Shown here: positions 15,696 to 17,474 of the stretch, piece after piece | Layout of the letters: the number at the start of each line of letters is the position of its first letter | Position numbering within the stretch: the first letter of the stretch is position 1 | From: an uncultured archaeon | GTDB taxonomy: Archaea > Thermoproteota > EX4484-205 > JAAOZP01 | NCBI GenBank assembly: GCA_938045545.1 | Contig: CALIBN010000009.1 | Coordinates: forward strand, 1 to 17,474 | DNA: 17,474 bases | Reading direction: 5' to 3' | Position numbers and translations under genes: made by a program | The notes under the pieces: model-generated | Database searches by the model: none | What the model was told of the DNA's origin: nothing | The model's input: only the letters and a program-made list of their open reading frames with translations

Positions 15696-16900
15696 ACTCT
15701 CAGTTTTCCCTCTATCAGGTCGTTTATGAAGCTCCTTAGCGAATCGTCGCTCAGGCTTTCCTCAACAACCTGCGTTATAGGCTTCTCCAGAACCTCCATT
15801 TTCAACCCTTCTTCCAGAATCGCCTGCACTGAAACCAGTTTAGGCTTGTTAACAGGTATTCCTATCTGGCTGAGAAGCCACACGTAAACCTCCTCGACAC
15901 CATCAACCTTTTCAATAATATCGTTAGCGATTTTGAACGATAAAAGATTGTATATTTTTCCAACATGGCTGACCGGGTTCTTGCCGGCAGCAGCCTCAGA
16001 ACCCGCAGGCCTCAGCAGGGCTATAACCCCGTTCACCCGATTACCCCTGCCAACCTGCCCGCTGTCCCCCGCTTCAGCGGAAGTGCCGGTGACAGTCAAA
16101 TATATCCCGTTTTCCCCCCTCCCCCGAGTATCCAGACTATTCAGGGTGATACTTACCTTCTTAAAATCATAATTATCCTCAACATAAGTCTTCAAATGCT
16201 CAACAACCTCTTTCTTAGACCTGAAATAATCCTCCTCGCTGTCTATGAAGCGGTCCACGTAGGACATTGCTATGGTCAGGTCAACCATGCTGTCTATCCT
16301 GTAACCCATAACCTTCACGTCCTCACCGGTTTCCTCAAACTCCTTCTTAAAATCCCCGCTGTTCAAATGCTGTTCAACATCTAGAACAAGATTCTCAAGC
16401 TGGGATAACGGAGCATACCCGACGGCTGCAGAAGTATCGTTAGCACCTAGAAACTCTCCTCCCCGCTTAAAAATGTCAGCCAGGTTCGCCGCGCTCCTTC
16501 CTATCTGAACCTCGTAGGAAACATGCTTATCCGGGTCGACGAACCTCAGGTTCCTCCGGAACCAGTTCTTAGCAGAATCTACAGCAAGCTCCTCTATAGG
16601 CAGTTCCTTGCCGTTGAAACTATAGGTTGCCCTGTCTCCGAAAATAAGCTTCATCGGCTTTTTAACAACTCCTCCTCCAAACCTTGTCTCAGACTCTCCG
16701 GCAACCAGTAGACTCTTATCCAGATTATAGTGGAGAACCCTGTTAAACTCCTTCAGGTAAAGCCGGCAGAGCTCAACTGAAAGCTCGTTCATAATCATGT
16801 CTGAAATAGTGTCCGGGTGGCCGAGCCCCTTCCTCTCAACAATCTCTATCCTCTGCTTTGGAACAGGATATGTTCGTAGTTGATTCACGTTTATCGCCAA
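15689..16900 (-). CDS. mat: Archaeal-type S-adenosylmethionine synthetase
   Basis: EIVERKGLGHPDTI, HYNLDK, ANDTS, GEDVKVMG, YLTVTGTSAEAGDSGQVGRGNR, AGKNPVSHVGKIYN. TTG start with AGGAGG SD. Confidence 0.96.
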   Translation of the reverse strand: MAINVNQLRTYPVPKQRIEIVERKGLGHPDTISDMIMNELSVELCRLYLKEFNRVLHYNLDKSLLVAGESETRFGGGVVKKPMKLIFGDRATYSFNGKELPIEELAVDSAKNWFRRNLRFVDPDKHVSYEVQIGRSAANLADIFKRGGEFLGANDTSAAVGYAPLSQLENLVLDVEQHLNSGDFKKEFEETGEDVKVMGYRIDSMVDLTIAMSYVDRFIDSEEDYFRSKKEVVEHLKTYVEDNYDFKKVSITLNSLDTRGRGENGIYLTVTGTSAEAGDSGQVGRGNRVNGVIALLRPAGSEAAAGKNPVSHVGKIYNLLSFKIANDIIEKVDGVEEVYVWLLSQIGIPVNKPKLVSVQAILEEGLKMEVLEKPITQVVEESLSDDSLRSFINDLIEGKLRVC

Positions 16901-16929
16901 CTACCCTCCTTTAAAACCCTTGAGACACA

Positions 16930-16945
16930 TTAAATAAACTTTATT
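16930..16945 (-). promoter_or_regulatory. BRE/TATA-like promoter of the mat operon
   Basis: Minus strand ATAAAGTTTATTTAAT, about 30 nt upstream of the mat start. Confidence 0.5.
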
Positions 16946-17123
16946 CACTCAGGTCTCTGCTAAAAACTAAAGAAGCATTATCCACAAAACCTTAAGAAGC
17001 CTATCAGTATCTGCTTTTATCTCGTAAAAGGCTGGTCAGTAGAATAAGACGGTTTAACAGCGACATTTTCCACCAGATAAGCCTATTTCGTATGATTCGA
17101 CACAAGTCACGTTACCCCGAGAC

Positions 17124-17140
17124 CCAAAAAACTTTTAATT
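17124..17140 (+). promoter_or_regulatory. BRE/TATA promoter of tRNA-Leu
   Basis: CCAAAAAACTTTTAATT ending 25 nt upstream of the tRNA 5' end. Confidence 0.65.
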
Positions 17141-17165
17141 CACCGCCGCACAGAAAGAATAGGCT

Positions 17166-17267
17166 GCGGGGGTCGCCAAAGCCAAGTAGCGGCAAGGCCA
17201 GGTTAAAGGCGCTGGACTGAGGCTCCAGTCCCGCAGGGGTTCGTGGGTTCAAATCCCACCCCCCGCA
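17166..17267 (+). tRNA. tRNA-Leu(GAG) with a probable 17-nt non-canonical intron (17180-17196) in the D-arm
   Basis: Acceptor GCGGGGG/CCCCCGC plus discriminator A; anticodon arm CTGGA-CT GAG GC-TCCAG; long variable arm; T-arm GTGGG-TTCAAAT-CCCAC. The D-arm is 17 nt too long. CCA is not encoded. Confidence 0.93.
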
Positions 17268-17300
17268 CTTCATTTCAAAACCAGCTTGCAAGACTAAAAG

Positions 17301-17474
17301 TTATAAGTGTGAATCGGATTTATTTATTGTTTCCAGTATTTTAAAGATCTTGCTTACAGTGTTTTCCCAAGTGAACTCTTTAGAAAACTCAAACGCCTTC
17401 CTACCTAATTCTTTTTTCTCCTCCTCGTTTTCCATTAAACGCTTTACATTTGCAGCCCATTCCTCCGGGTCATC
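17301..17474 (-). CDS. C-terminus of a GT4-family (GT-B) glycosyltransferase, partial at window edge
   Basis: Reads DDPEEWAANVKRLMENEEEKKELGRKAFEFSKEFTWENTVSKIFKILETINKSDSHL*, the typical GT4 ending (D.E..A..I..L...E....LG..A......F.W). Confidence 0.8.
   Translation of the reverse strand, partial: DDPEEWAANVKRLMENEEEKKELGRKAFEFSKEFTWENTVSKIFKILETINKSDSHL

Noticed and set aside
815-16711. Numerous antisense or alternate-frame ORFs of 60-154 aa (e.g. 1942..2346, 4364..4729, 15174..15638, 15965..16384)
   Set aside because: All are shadows overlapping well-supported genes and have no motifs of their own.
16978-16986. Perfect bacterial DnaA box TTATCCACA in the mat-tRNA spacer
   Set aside because: Single copy in an archaeal genome, with no box cluster, ORB repeats or cdc6/orc1 nearby; consistent with chance.
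17230-17267. tRNA 3' end as an integration (att) site for the accessory region
   Set aside because: I saw no duplicate of the tRNA end and no integrase in the window, and 13 kb of core genes separate it from the toxin locus.

Overview
Archaeal genomic window, most likely from a TACK-group lineage outside Thermoprotei (it encodes PolD DP2, Elf1 and a tRNA with a non-canonical intron). Bases ~3650-17474 are compact core genome: HTH-CBS regulator, hypothetical protein, Elf1, GGGP synthase, PolD large subunit, Nob1, NAD kinase, aIF5A, the mat-gatB-srp54-pus10-rpl21e-rpo4 run, tRNA-Leu(GAG) with a probable 17-nt D-arm intron, and the end of a GT4 glycosyltransferase. Bases 1-3622 are accessory and look like an archaeal polymorphic toxin-immunity locus. 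A 5'-truncated protein ending in a PD-(D/E)XK nuclease is followed by a coupled partner gene of unknown family. Next comes a start-less 'orphan' cassette that repeats a 55-aa pre-nuclease block, carries a different nuclease fused to a third nuclease variant, and ends with a truncated paralog of the partner gene. A probable RelBE-like remnant abuts the locus head-to-head. Family assignments are by motif recognition only; no searches were run.
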